From NCBI GenBank assembly GCA_051530055.1, contig CM121342.1, positions 5,455,489 to 5,519,488 on the forward strand: DNA of 64,000 bases. The letters are read 5' to 3'. The DNA is from Neoechinorhynchus agilis. Taxonomy: Eukaryota > Animalia > Acanthocephala. Within the stretch, counting starts at the first letter, position 1. Every line of letters begins with the position of its first letter. Made by a program: the position numbers and the translations under genes. The notes beneath the pieces were generated by a model. It was not told the DNA's origin and ran no database searches. It was given only the letters and a program-made list of their open reading frames with translations. Shown in pieces: positions 1 through 10,204 of the stretch.

Positions 1-47
1 AAACGATAGGGATCAATTTTTTTGTTAAGATTAACCTCAATTTCGAT

Positions 48-779
48 TTAGAGATCAGATCTCACTCCAAATCCTGGACCTCGTGGTTCTTCATTCAGTG
101 TTGTTGACATTGGTGCGTTTGTTTTATGATCAATTGGTTCACTACCATGCCGTTTGTTATTAATTGGACCGACACTAGCGCTCCTATTGGCTATTGCTTC
201 TACGAGATCAGGGACGTCATTAACCGATAAATCTTCATGATAATCATCATTGATCTGGACCATTGGGGCGTTGCAACAAGCTCCTAAACATTCTACCTCT
301 GCGATTTCGAAATCCTCAGGATTTGGCATCTCAGCTATTTTCTCCTTGAACTTATCTCGAATTCCATGGGCATTGCGAAGCCAACAAGGCGTTGTGGTGC
401 ACACATTGACTCTATATTTCGCCTTAGATGGCTTCCGATGGAACATCGAATAAAACGAAGCTACTTCATAGACTCTCATTCGTTCGACTTTCAAGATTTC
501 GGCGACTTTATTCATTGCCGAAAGAGGTAGCCAACCTCCGTTCTGACGCTGAGCCAAGTCCAGGACGGCTATAATGGGGGAATGTTTAAACCCATCAGGG
601 TAACATGCTCGAATGGACTCGATTCGCGACAAGTTTTCGGCTGTGAATTCAAATGGAGTGTCACATTTGTTCTCAGGAGTATCCACGTGGAGATAGTCGA
701 TGCCTTTGGCCATTGTGCGGACGTTTGTAAGGTGGCAATGAACAACTGCGGAAAAAAGACGTTGAAGTTTAGACATCAT
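48..779 (-). CDS. NDUFV2: NADH dehydrogenase (ubiquinone) flavoprotein 2, 24 kDa subunit; intronless
   Basis: 243-aa ORF with LDLAQRQNGGWLP, RVYEVASFYSMF and the [2Fe-2S] motifs CTTTPCWLR and VECLGACCNAPM; basic N-terminus resembles a mitochondrial presequence. Confidence 0.97.
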   Translation of the reverse strand: MMSKLQRLFSAVVHCHLTNVRTMAKGIDYLHVDTPENKCDTPFEFTAENLSRIESIRACYPDGFKHSPIIAVLDLAQRQNGGWLPLSAMNKVAEILKVERMRVYEVASFYSMFHRKPSKAKYRVNVCTTTPCWLRNAHGIRDKFKEKIAEMPNPEDFEIAEVECLGACCNAPMVQINDDYHEDLSVNDVPDLVEAIANRSASVGPINNKRHGSEPIDHKTNAPMSTTLNEEPRGPGFGVRSDL

Positions 780-2292
780 CTATAAATACGTTACGTTCAT
801 AGCTCAAAACGCGACTTGTGGCACTCGGACGCCGTTTGCGTTGTGTTTAAACATAAAAATTGCGCTAATATTCGTTTTTTGTTTGAGTAGCGGGAAAAAA
901 ACGGTGGTGAAGGTATCCCGATATTTCGGACCCGATGGCTGAATGCGCCGTTCCGAGTCTATGAAATACTGTTTTGTATAATGAAAAATACCTACTAAAA
1001 TGATGAGAAAGCCGAGAAGTGTTTTGATCTTATTTACTGTTTCATGGACAAAATCCACCTTTTAAGACATCTTTGGTCAGGAGCTCGGGTTTTACTCCGT
1101 GGTTCGGGAGGCTTTTTTTCCAGCAAAGTGCGATAGTTTGAGTCCGTTTCGGCCAAATCAACTCGGTGTTGATTTGTCCGTTCGATATGGCGCCAAAGAT
1201 CGATCCAAACGTCTACACACGATGCCAAAATCCCTTTTTTTGGCTATAATCCTCACATTATCCTTTTTTTTGTAAGAATCGAATATTTTCTTCATTAATC
1301 AAAGAAATATATTCGGGTAGAGGAGGTGACCTCGCCTCATCAGTCTTCTAAAAATCTATAAATCAAATGTGCTATTACCGGGGGGAATCTCGCGCTCTTG
1401 AAGGTAACCCATAAAATAACCAATCTTTTGAAAAGAAATGGATTTTGGCCATCGGGCCCGTTTTATTCTCTGGGTCCTCGTGATCACTTGAATTTGGAGT
1501 AAATGACGGTCGACACGCATTAAAAGTGTTCTTTTTTTGAGGGAAATTCTCCTTTGGTTACTTGCTCAAGTTCATCAGTTGACTAAAAGTCACTTTTTTT
1601 TAATGTCGACTTTTAAACAAAAAAACCTAAAGTCCGATTTGATACAAAAACATTCTCACCAGTATAGAGGACCGAAATGAAAAATTGGGTTAATTTGATT
1701 AGAAAAGGATGCAATCGAAAATTGTCGATCTTCTCAAAAACTCTTTTATAAAAGCAATAATTACAGCTTTTCTGAGAATTCCAAAAGATTTCGTGCCTTA
1801 GAGAAGTTCTTCCTGCCTTCAAAGTCTCGTCGATTTTATTAAAAATCAGTTTTGTCGGTCGATAATATTTAAAAGTGCTGGTAAGTTTCGCCAATTAATG
1901 AATCGAATGGCCCTAACAATTGAATTTGCATCTATACCACCCCGTTTTTCATCTCTTATTAACTTTTTCTCGGTTTTTTTAAAGAAATCGAATGAACCAC
2001 CCGATTTTACACCATTCCCATGGTTTTTTTATTTTCAGTTTCAATTAGCGATGTTTGATCCAGAAAAAAAGATTTATATTGAAAATTTTCGACCATTAAT
2101 TGTTTTTATTGAATAAAAAAGTGATCAATCTTTAAAATCGAAAGTCGTTTGCACTGATTTGTTTTAAAAATTTGAAAGTTCAATAATAGAGAACAATAGC
2201 CAATAGAAATTCGCTTGCTTTTTTATTGGAGCATCATCAGCCAATCAGCGTTTAGAATTTAATTTTGGTTATTACAATTTTCACGATTTTAG

Positions 2293-2796
2293 ATGGCGAA
2301 TAGCGACGTAAAAGCGGTTCTAAATGTCATTAACGCTAAGCTAAACTCGATTTCTAAGGAAATGCTCTTTAAGTTTGGCAAGGAAAAGGTTGAACACTTA
2401 AGCACTCGACTCAAGGCAGATTGTGCGATTAGACCAACTTTGCAGTTTCCAATGGAGGATTTAAAAGAGTCATATTATACTGCCATAATGGTAGATCCGG
2501 ATGCACCAAGCGCTAAAGAACCTAAATTTGGTCCGTGGTTGCACTGGATCGTTCACAATATCTCGAAAAATAATCCAGACGGAAAGGATGCGTGCACCTA
2601 TTTCGGACCTTCTCCACCTCGTGGCGTCCATCGATACGTGACTTTAGTTTTCCTTCAACCAAATGGCAAGATCGATTTCTCAAATGAAGATTATACCGAT
2701 AGAGCTCGATTCAAGTACCAGCAATTCATTGAGAAGTACAATCTCCTACTTGCTTATGGTCACTTGTTCAAGGTAGACAGCAATAAACCAGAGTGA
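2293..2796 (+). CDS. Phosphatidylethanolamine-binding protein (PEBP/RKIP family); intronless
   Basis: 167-aa ORF with MVDPDAPS, WLHWIVHNI and YFGPSPPRGVHRY family motifs. Confidence 0.95.
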   Translation: MANSDVKAVLNVINAKLNSISKEMLFKFGKEKVEHLSTRLKADCAIRPTLQFPMEDLKESYYTAIMVDPDAPSAKEPKFGPWLHWIVHNISKNNPDGKDACTYFGPSPPRGVHRYVTLVFLQPNGKIDFSNEDYTDRARFKYQQFIEKYNLLLAYGHLFKVDSNKPE

Positions 2797-3349
2797 CGTT
2801 TCTCAATTTAGAGGTAAAATAAATCGAAAATAAAGTTGAGGAAAAAATCAGTTAATATTGCGAACACAAATTCAAAAAGCTAGCAGTTGAGGATTAGTGA
2901 TTTATTTTCTTATTTCTCAAACTGTTTCATTAAAAAAAACGTTCCCATGTCGCCGGGCAATAATAATTTTATTTCATTTGCCGACTTTTTCGTAGAATTC
3001 GCGAGCAAATAATGTTAATTTTTTTGTGAAAAAAATACTCGATTTTCAGGCCGCATTTCTTCTTTTCTAAAATGTAAACTTTACAAGGCTTCCTCATGAA
3101 TTGTTTGTAAGTTTTCTTAAGTAATTAATAGAATTAAAAAAAGGAATTTTAAATGGGTTTCACACTTAAAATGATAAAAAATGGGCATTGAAATTACTGG
3201 TTAATTTAGCTGAGTAATCATTTTATAGGCCGATAATTAAGGATATTTAAAATCTATTCGATTTGCTTATTTAGAAGTATACTTAATTGCTATTAAAAAT
3301 TATGTAATCGATTATAAAGCAGTCACAATTTCTAAACCGATATTTACAA

Positions 3350-4195
3350 TTAATAAATATTGTCCTTCATAAAAGTGTGATTAATGATAACAACTGAATG
3401 TTTATCGACTACTAATTCAAATATTTTGTTATTATTGTCCTTGAATTGATTGGATGTACTTATAGACGTTTTTCCGAGTTCCAACAATGAATTGTCCATT
3501 TCATATTTTAATCCTTTCGACGTTATCGTGGTTGGTCCACAAAACGGCACCACACCGCAGTAGATTCCGCAATTTCGGCAATCATTCGCTTCGATGATAT
3601 TGCGTACATTTGGTCCAACTGTAAACAATACATCAGAATCCGTTACGATGAACATTGGAAACGAAAATTGATTTGCGTGTTTTATCAAAGTGTGGATTAT
3701 GTTGATGGTATGATCAAACCTTCGACCCAAGATGCAGATTATATAGACGACATCGATGTCCGTATTGATTTCATTGCACTGATTAAACATCATCAAAGTC
3801 TTCTCTAGATCAGCAAAGTTCTGATCGGGCAACTCTACAAATGGAACTTTGAAAGCGTTTCGTGCCTCCATAGATAATGAATCCATATCTCCACAGACAA
3901 TAGTCGGTGATATAGGAACAATGGATCCCTGTTTATTAGTGCCATGGACGGCCTTAAGTAACATATTGGCTGCACCATCCACGCAAATCCGTAATTGGGA
4001 ACGATTCCAAAGATCACGACAATAATCGTTACGTCCATTGAATTGCACTGCATGATTCAACAATATCGATCCCATTTTCAGAGGTTTAACTTTGTTTACG
4101 AAACCTAAAAATGGTGAAATCTTCACTTGTTTCAATGCTGATGCCATTTGCATTATTGGTGTGCTCTTGGAAACTATAAATCGAATTCGGAACAA
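3350..4195 (-). CDS. TPK1: Thiamine pyrophosphokinase; intronless
   Basis: 281-aa ORF with ICVDGAAN, IVCGDMDS, DQNFADLEK, GRRFDH, SKGLKYEM and ISTSN motifs in the expected order. Confidence 0.9.
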   Translation of the reverse strand: MFRIRFIVSKSTPIMQMASALKQVKISPFLGFVNKVKPLKMGSILLNHAVQFNGRNDYCRDLWNRSQLRICVDGAANMLLKAVHGTNKQGSIVPISPTIVCGDMDSLSMEARNAFKVPFVELPDQNFADLEKTLMMFNQCNEINTDIDVVYIICILGRRFDHTINIIHTLIKHANQFSFPMFIVTDSDVLFTVGPNVRNIIEANDCRNCGIYCGVVPFCGPTTITSKGLKYEMDNSLLELGKTSISTSNQFKDNNNKIFELVVDKHSVVIINHTFMKDNIY

Positions 4196-4418
4196 CAGAA
4201 ATCACTTTTCGAAGCGCTTGGTCACGTGCGTCTTCTTAATTAAGAAATCTTATTGGTCATTCGATTTACACCAATCCGTTTCATTTCCACAGATTGCAAT
4301 AAACAACAATCGCACTTTTTGGACAACTTGGCGTGGTCCAATCGGCTGCTTATTGTTAGTAGGAGAGTTTTGTTTGTTCAAGAGATCAAGAATCACTGTA
4401 TCCAATAAACATAAGAGA

Positions 4419-5873
4419 ATTCCAAACACGGCCGAATGGTCTGGGACGGTGCTGGTCCGTGCTCAATGCCCCCCAAGACCGTAGACGGTTATAAGTTTGT
4501 ACATCCTCGTCCGGAGGAGATACTCATCAGTGAGTTCTCCCTTCAACACGGGGTATTTCGTCTCCTTTTGATTGTTCTCCCTTTGGCGACCGTGGATTCG
4601 AACCCTTTGACCCAACATCCAAACACGGCCAAATGGACACCCACAGTCCATCGCCGATTCATTGGTCTGGGAAGGTGCTGGTCCGTGCTCAATGCCCCCC
4701 AAGACCGTAGACGGTTAGAAGTTTGTACATCCTCGTCGGAGGAGATACTCATCAGTGAGTTCTCCCTTCAACACGGGGTATTTCGTCTCCTTTTGATTGT
4801 TCTCCCTTTGGCGACCGTGGATTCGAACCCTTTGACCCAACATCCAAACACGGCCAAATGGACACTCACAGTCCATCGCCGATTCATTGGTCTGGGACGG
4901 TGCTGGTCCGTGCTCAATGCCCCCCAAGACCGTAGACGGTTAGAAGTTTGTACATCCTCGTCCGGAGGAGATACTCATCAGTGAGTTCTCCCTTCAACAC
5001 GGGGTATTTCGTCTCCTTTTGATTGTTCTCCCTTTGGCGACCGTGGATTCGAACCCTTTGACCCAACATCCAAACACGGCCAAATGGACACTCACAGTCC
5101 ATCGCCGATTCATTGGTCTGGGACGGTGCTGGTCCGTGCTCAATGCCCCCCAAGACCGTAGACGGTTATAAGTTTGTACATCCTCGTCCGGAGGAGATAC
5201 TCATCAGTGAGTTCTCCCTTCAACACGGGGTATTTCGTCTCCTTTTGATTGTTCTCCCTTTGGCGACCGTGGATTCGAACCCTTTGACCCAACATCCAAA
5301 CACGGCCAAATGGACACTCACAGTCCATCGCCGATTCATTGGTCTGGGACGGTGCTGGTCCGTGCTCAATGCCCCCCAAGACCGTAGACGGTTATAAGTT
5401 TGTACATCCTCGTCCGGAGGAGATACTCATCAGTGAGTTCTCCCTTCAACACGGGGTATTTCGTCTCCTTTTGATTGTTCTCCCTTTGGCGACCGTGGAT
5501 TCGAACCCTTTGACCCAACATCCAAACACGGCCAAATGGACACTCACAGTCCATCGCCGATTCATTGGTCTGGGACGGTGCTGGTCCGTGCTCAATGCCC
5601 CCCAAGACCGTAGACGGTTATAAGTTTGTAAATCCTCGTCCGGAGGAGATACTCATCAGTGAGTTCTCCCTTCAACACGGGGTATTTCGTCTCCTTTTGA
5701 TTGTTCTCCCTTTGGCGACCGTGGATTCGAACCCTTTGACCCAACATCCAAACACGGCCAAATGGACACTCACAGTCCATCGCCGATTCATTGGTCTGGG
5801 ACGGTGCTGGTCCGTGCTCAATGCCCCCCAAGACCGTGTGGACTGCGGGTGCCCATTCGGCCGTGTTTGGAAT
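4419..5873. repeat. GC-rich 226-bp tandem array, 6 full units plus ends, bracketed by a 21-bp perfect inverted repeat
   Basis: Identical ORF fragments recur at 5113, 5339, 5565 (226-bp period). ATTCCAAACACGGCCGAATGG at 4419-4439 has its reverse complement at 5853-5873. Confidence 0.97.
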
Positions 5874-6180
5874 AATGAAATATCTATCAAAAAGACTAGT
5901 GGCTGAGACACCCATAAAAAATGCTAAAAGATAAGAATAATAACCCGTTTGTGTTTAACTTCCTATCTCTCGCTAATCGCAAATGTTTATTAATTGCGAT
6001 TGGTAGCGCCATTCTCGAATAAAGAAAATCACAACAAATATCGGGAAAGATTAGACGCAAAGAGAAAAGCTCATGGAAGAGTATATTTTTAAACCGGACA
6101 CGGCTGCTTCCTTTGGTTTTATTGAGCTTGAGAATCTTTTGTTGTTACGACTCATTTTTTAGACACGCCGAAAATGGATG

Positions 6181-6378
6181 AAGGAAGCGCTTAAAATCAC
6201 GTTTAATATCCTGAATCACACGGTTGCGAGTTTTTAAAAATCCATCCGGATCCTCAGATACCTTCAACCATTATAATTGGGCTCGCGTTCCACCGATCTG
6301 GGTCAAGGAAGCGGTTAAAATCACTTACCACACGGTTGGAAGTTTGTACAAATCCCTTCGGATCCTCAGACACCTTCG
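6181..6378. repeat. Diverged direct repeat pair, partly related to the 226-bp unit
   Basis: AAGGAAGCG.TTAAAATCAC...CACACGGTTG..AGTTT.TA.AAATCC.T.CGGATCCTCAGA.ACCTTC occurs twice (about 6181-6266 and 6305-6378). Confidence 0.75.
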
Positions 6379-6418
6379 GAGGACACGCAAAGCTTCCCTG
6401 ACCCATTTGGGTTTGTCC

Positions 6419-7610
6419 AAGAAATCAGCCGTGTAGAGGGTTTAATCAATTCAAAAATGGGCATATTTCTTAGTTAATTTTTCGCGAGCTGGTTACATTT
6501 TTTGCGCAGTCGGCTGATTTCTTGGACTCAACAAAACTCGCACCAAAAAGAGGGTGAGGGAAGCGTCCAGCGATGTCCTCCTCCTCGGACCGTATATTTC
6601 AGGGTTTTTAGGCGTGATTTTATGCTCTTCCCTCGCTCTTTTTGGTGTGAGTTTTGAACCTAAGAAATCAGCCGCGTCGAGAATGTAAAATGGGCACATT
6701 TCTTAGTTTATTTTTCGCGAGCTGGTTACATTTTTTGCGCAGTCGGCTGATTTCTTGGACTCAACAAAACTCACACCAAAAAGAGGGTGAGGGAAACGTC
6801 CAGCGACGTCCTCCTCCTCGGACCGTATATTTCACGGTTTTTAGGCGTGATTTTATGCTCTTCCCTCGCTCTTTTTAGTGTGAGTTTTGAACCTAAGAAA
6901 TCAGCCGTGTAGAGGGTGTAATCAATTCAAAAATGGGCATATTTCTTAGTTAATTTTTCGCGAGCTGGTTACATTTTTTGCGCAGTCGGCTGATTTCTTG
7001 GACTCAACAAAACTCACACCAAAAAGAGGGCGAGGGAAGCGTCCAGCGACGTCCTCCTCCTCGAACCGTATATTTCAGGGTTTTTAGGCGTGATTTTATG
7101 CTCTTCCCTCGCTCTTTTTAGTGTGAGTTTTGAACCTAAGAAATCAGCCGCGTAGAGGGTGTAATCAATTCAAAAATGGGCATATTTCTTAGTTAATTTT
7201 TCGCGAGCTGGTTACATTTTTTGCGCAGTCGGCTGATTTCTTGGACTCAACAAAACTCACACCAAAAAGAGGGCGAGGGAAGCGTCCAGCGACGTCCTCC
7301 TCCTCGGACCGTATATTTCAGGGTTTTTAGGCGTGATTTTATGCTCTTCCCTCGCTCTTTTTAGCGTGAGTTTTGAACCTAAGAAATCAGCCGCGTAGAG
7401 AATCTAAAATGGGCATATTTCTTAGTTTATGTTTCGCGAGCTGGTTACATTTTTTGCGCGGTGGTTCAAAACTCACACCAAAAAGAGGGTGAGGGAAGCG
7501 TCCAGCGACGTCCTCCTTCTCGGACCGTATATTTCAGGGTTTTTAGGCGTGATTTTATGCGATTCCCTCGCCCTTTTTAGTCTGAGTTTTGAACCCAAGA
7601 AATCAGCCGC
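6419..7610. repeat. Tandem array of 5 units (243/233/243/243/216 bp), each containing a fold-back with about 50-bp inverted arms
   Basis: AAGAAATCAGCCG recurs at 6419, 6662, 6895, 7138, 7381, 7597. The arms CGGCTGATTTCTT..CAAAACTCACACCAAAAAGAGGGCGAGGGAAG and CTTCCCTCGCTCTTTTT.GTGTGAGTTTTG..AAGAAATCAGCCG are complementary. Confidence 0.95.
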
Positions 7611-8102
7611 TAGAGAGTGTAATGAGTTCTGCACTTAAAAATAATCTAAAAATGTACTTGATAAGATGAATGTAAGAGACATTAGCACATTACTTTAATA
7701 AAAAGATAACAGAGATTCCATTATTTAGAACATTTTATTCTTCGCTGGAGGTCGCATGCCCTAACTGCTCCATCTTGGGACTCCTTATTGAATAAGCCAT
7801 AACATTCTTTCCTTGTAGTAACTAAAAAGCAAGTAATTATGTTAACGAACTACATTTTGAGCACAAAATCTACCAGGAACTAATTCACTTAGATCTAAAT
7901 AGAAAACAAACTCAATCTTAAACAAATAGAGGATCATTGAAAGAGTTTGGAGGCTTATCTTTGTTACCGAATTGAACGACCTGGAAAAAAGGCAATGTTT
8001 TATCCGCAAAAATACTCGCAGATTATCTTCAATAAACGTCTCGGTATTTTCCAAACAACGCCAATTTCTATTCAAATTACATAACATTCAGAATTATTGC
8101 TC

Positions 8103-8510
8103 AGAAGTCTTCACTTGCTAAATAATTTTTTAATTAAAAACTTTTCGAATCTCGTCCGATTCATCATCAGTTTGTTGGTTATTAAAAGACGAAACTAACA
8201 AAATAACGATGAACTCGATGAGCTTTATATAAAAACGTCGATATGCTACTAAATTCCTGGGCATAAGATTAAAGTCTTGTTTCTTAGAAGTCTTCACTTG
8301 CTAAATAATTTTTTTTAATTAAAAACTTTTCGAATCTCGTCCGATTCATCATCAGTTTGTTGGTTATTAAAAGACGAAACTAACAAAATAACGATGAACT
8401 CGATGAGCTTTATATAAAAACGTCGATATGCTACTAAATTCCTGGGCATAAGATTAAAGTCTTGTTTCTTAGAAGTCTTTACTTGCTAAATAATTTTTTT
8501 TAATTGAAGA
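8103..8510. repeat. About 184-bp tandem duplication (2.2 copies)
   Basis: AGAAGTCTT(C/T)ACTTGCTAAATAA recurs at 8103, 8286, 8471; the two full copies differ mainly in a T-run length. Confidence 0.95.
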
Positions 8511-8599
8511 CGTTTCAAACTTCGTCGGGTTGGTTGCTTAATAAATGAGCCAACTTAAAACTTCTCGTTTCCATTGAAATCTTTGGGTCCTTAAGGTCA

Positions 8600-9760
8600 T
8601 GAACATTAATAAAAAATTCAATCCTAAATTTTTAAAATCGACCGAGAAGTACGAATCAAGTCTGGCTGAAAAATAACATTTTTGAGTAAGGTCGTCGCAT
8701 TTTGTTCCTTTATTCTAAAAAACCAACTGACTATTTTGAGTATACATCTCTTCACTTTTTAATGTTCGCCATCACTCGTTGACAATCGACCTCATTTAGC
8801 TCTTCGAAGACAACGATCTATAAAAAAGAAGTAGATTTATGTATTCGGCATATTTTTAGTGTTTTTTTTGCGACAATAAGAGTAAAATCAGCTTCATTTT
8901 ATAAGTTTCGAATTGTTGTTCGTTTGATAAGTTGGTCAAATTTTTTGTAGAGGACATAAGAAGAAAATCTCATTGAACACGATTAGAATATTGAAACGCC
9001 TCGCACAATGCCGTATTGTTAAACATTAAATCTTTTCTTGAATTCATACGACCTCGTTAACGAATTTAGTGCGAGTGATAGACTAGAAATTATTGGAGCG
9101 ATTAAGGCAAGAAAAAAAGTTAATATTTAATGATGAGTTGGAGATGTGGTGATAATAAAAATCACCAATTAAATGACTCGCATAAGAAAGATATAAGAAA
9201 CTATATTTAAAATCAATTAATTTATCAGAAATAAACCCAGGATATTTCTTTAAGACACTCGCATAATAGCAGTTCTTATAATAAGCTACTTTTAGCTGAG
9301 ACAATGCTACCTTTAGAGCACGCACGAAACGTGCCACCGGTGCCACCATCGCTAACGACCAAAATTTGCCATTGAAACCAAGATCTTTTTGCTAACTTCC
9401 TTTTCACAAGCACCATTGAAGCATCAAAAACGTTTAGGAATTTAAGACCTTGTTAAAATTGGCCCGAAACAGAAAGCACACGCTTTCTAGATTAAACAAC
9501 CAGAGATTGCTCAAGATATTCGATGGGGATTTCCTCGTGTCGACCAAATAATCTCGGAACAATGTTCTGCTGCAAAACCATGTAAGTGTAAGGTAAATAG
9601 TAAAATTCTTGAACTTTCATTGGAGCCTAACAACTAACTGAAAAGTGGTATGTATTTTCGTAAGAGTAGAACTAGTTAATCTTTTACGATAACCAATCAC
9701 TTCGTTAATCCGTGGCACTGTTTGTTTCGTTTGCGCCAATTGACATCCACGAGTGCCGTC
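8600..9760 (-). pseudogene. Possible decayed Integrator subunit 14 (INTS14/VWA9)-like sequence
   Basis: Fragments QILVVSDGG (about 9370-9345), KLIDFKY...SHLIGDF (about 9225-9160) and R-P-Y-S-K-[frameshift]-N-V-I-F-Q-P-D-L (about 8700-8655) resemble INTS14 QVVLVTDG, KLIDLAY...GHLTADV and RSYAQNV in order. Stops and frameshifts interrupt them. Recalled alignment only. Confidence 0.35.
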
Positions 9761-10204
9761 GAATACTCAACAGTCTATTATGGTATTGAATTCACGATGA
9801 AAAAAAAAGTAGATACTAATCACGTCGAACTGTCTTGTTCTTCATCGCAGATAAAATAGTTCTTAAAGAGAAAAATGTTTTCTTCGCACACAAAAAATTT
9901 AATGCGAATCCATCCAAGTACAAAAAATGTTCAAATGTTTTCGAAAATAACAAGCTCAGCCGTTGAATTCAAACCCGTTTAAAATTTCTCTTGAATCAGG
10001 TGCCGAACTTATTAGCGCACAATTTCCCTTGGGACTACGAAATTTTTTTAAACTCTGTGAAAACTAAAAATTATTAAACGTCCGTAAAATAAGCACATCG
10101 GCTAAGAAAGATGATAGACTTTTCGTACTCAAGAGAGACATTTGACAAGTGCACGTCTTTCTATCAAATACGAATTCCACATCCGCAAAATCTAGTAACT
10201 TCTT

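Noticed and set aside
804-1228. Two overlapping minus-strand ORFs that could join through a 43-nt intron (995-1037)
   Set aside because: The first ORF starts at TTG with no ATG and no homology is recognised; possible but unsupported gene.
1330-1580. Isolated CUGAUGA motifs on the minus strand
   Set aside because: Not followed by stem II-GAAA in the right geometry.
4478-4490. GTCTACGG on the minus strand resembling the start of 5S rRNA
   Set aside because: Only 8 nt match and nothing further aligns with 5S.
4584-4655. Calling the 72-nt segment a tRNA gene
   Set aside because: No proper D-loop or A-box, no U33 anticodon loop, and only a 2-bp T-stem; kept only as tRNA-like.
4436-5915. Many repeated 70-180 aa ORFs on both strands
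   Set aside because: By-products of a GC-rich tandem unit; copies are frameshifted relative to each other and no protein family is recognisable. The same applies to ORFs in the 243-, 114-, 64-, 79-, 90-, 236- and 200-bp arrays.
8101-8167. Box C/D snoRNA reading (AUGAUGA...CUGA on the minus strand)
   Set aside because: The D box is present in only one of two copies, with no terminal stem and no host intron.
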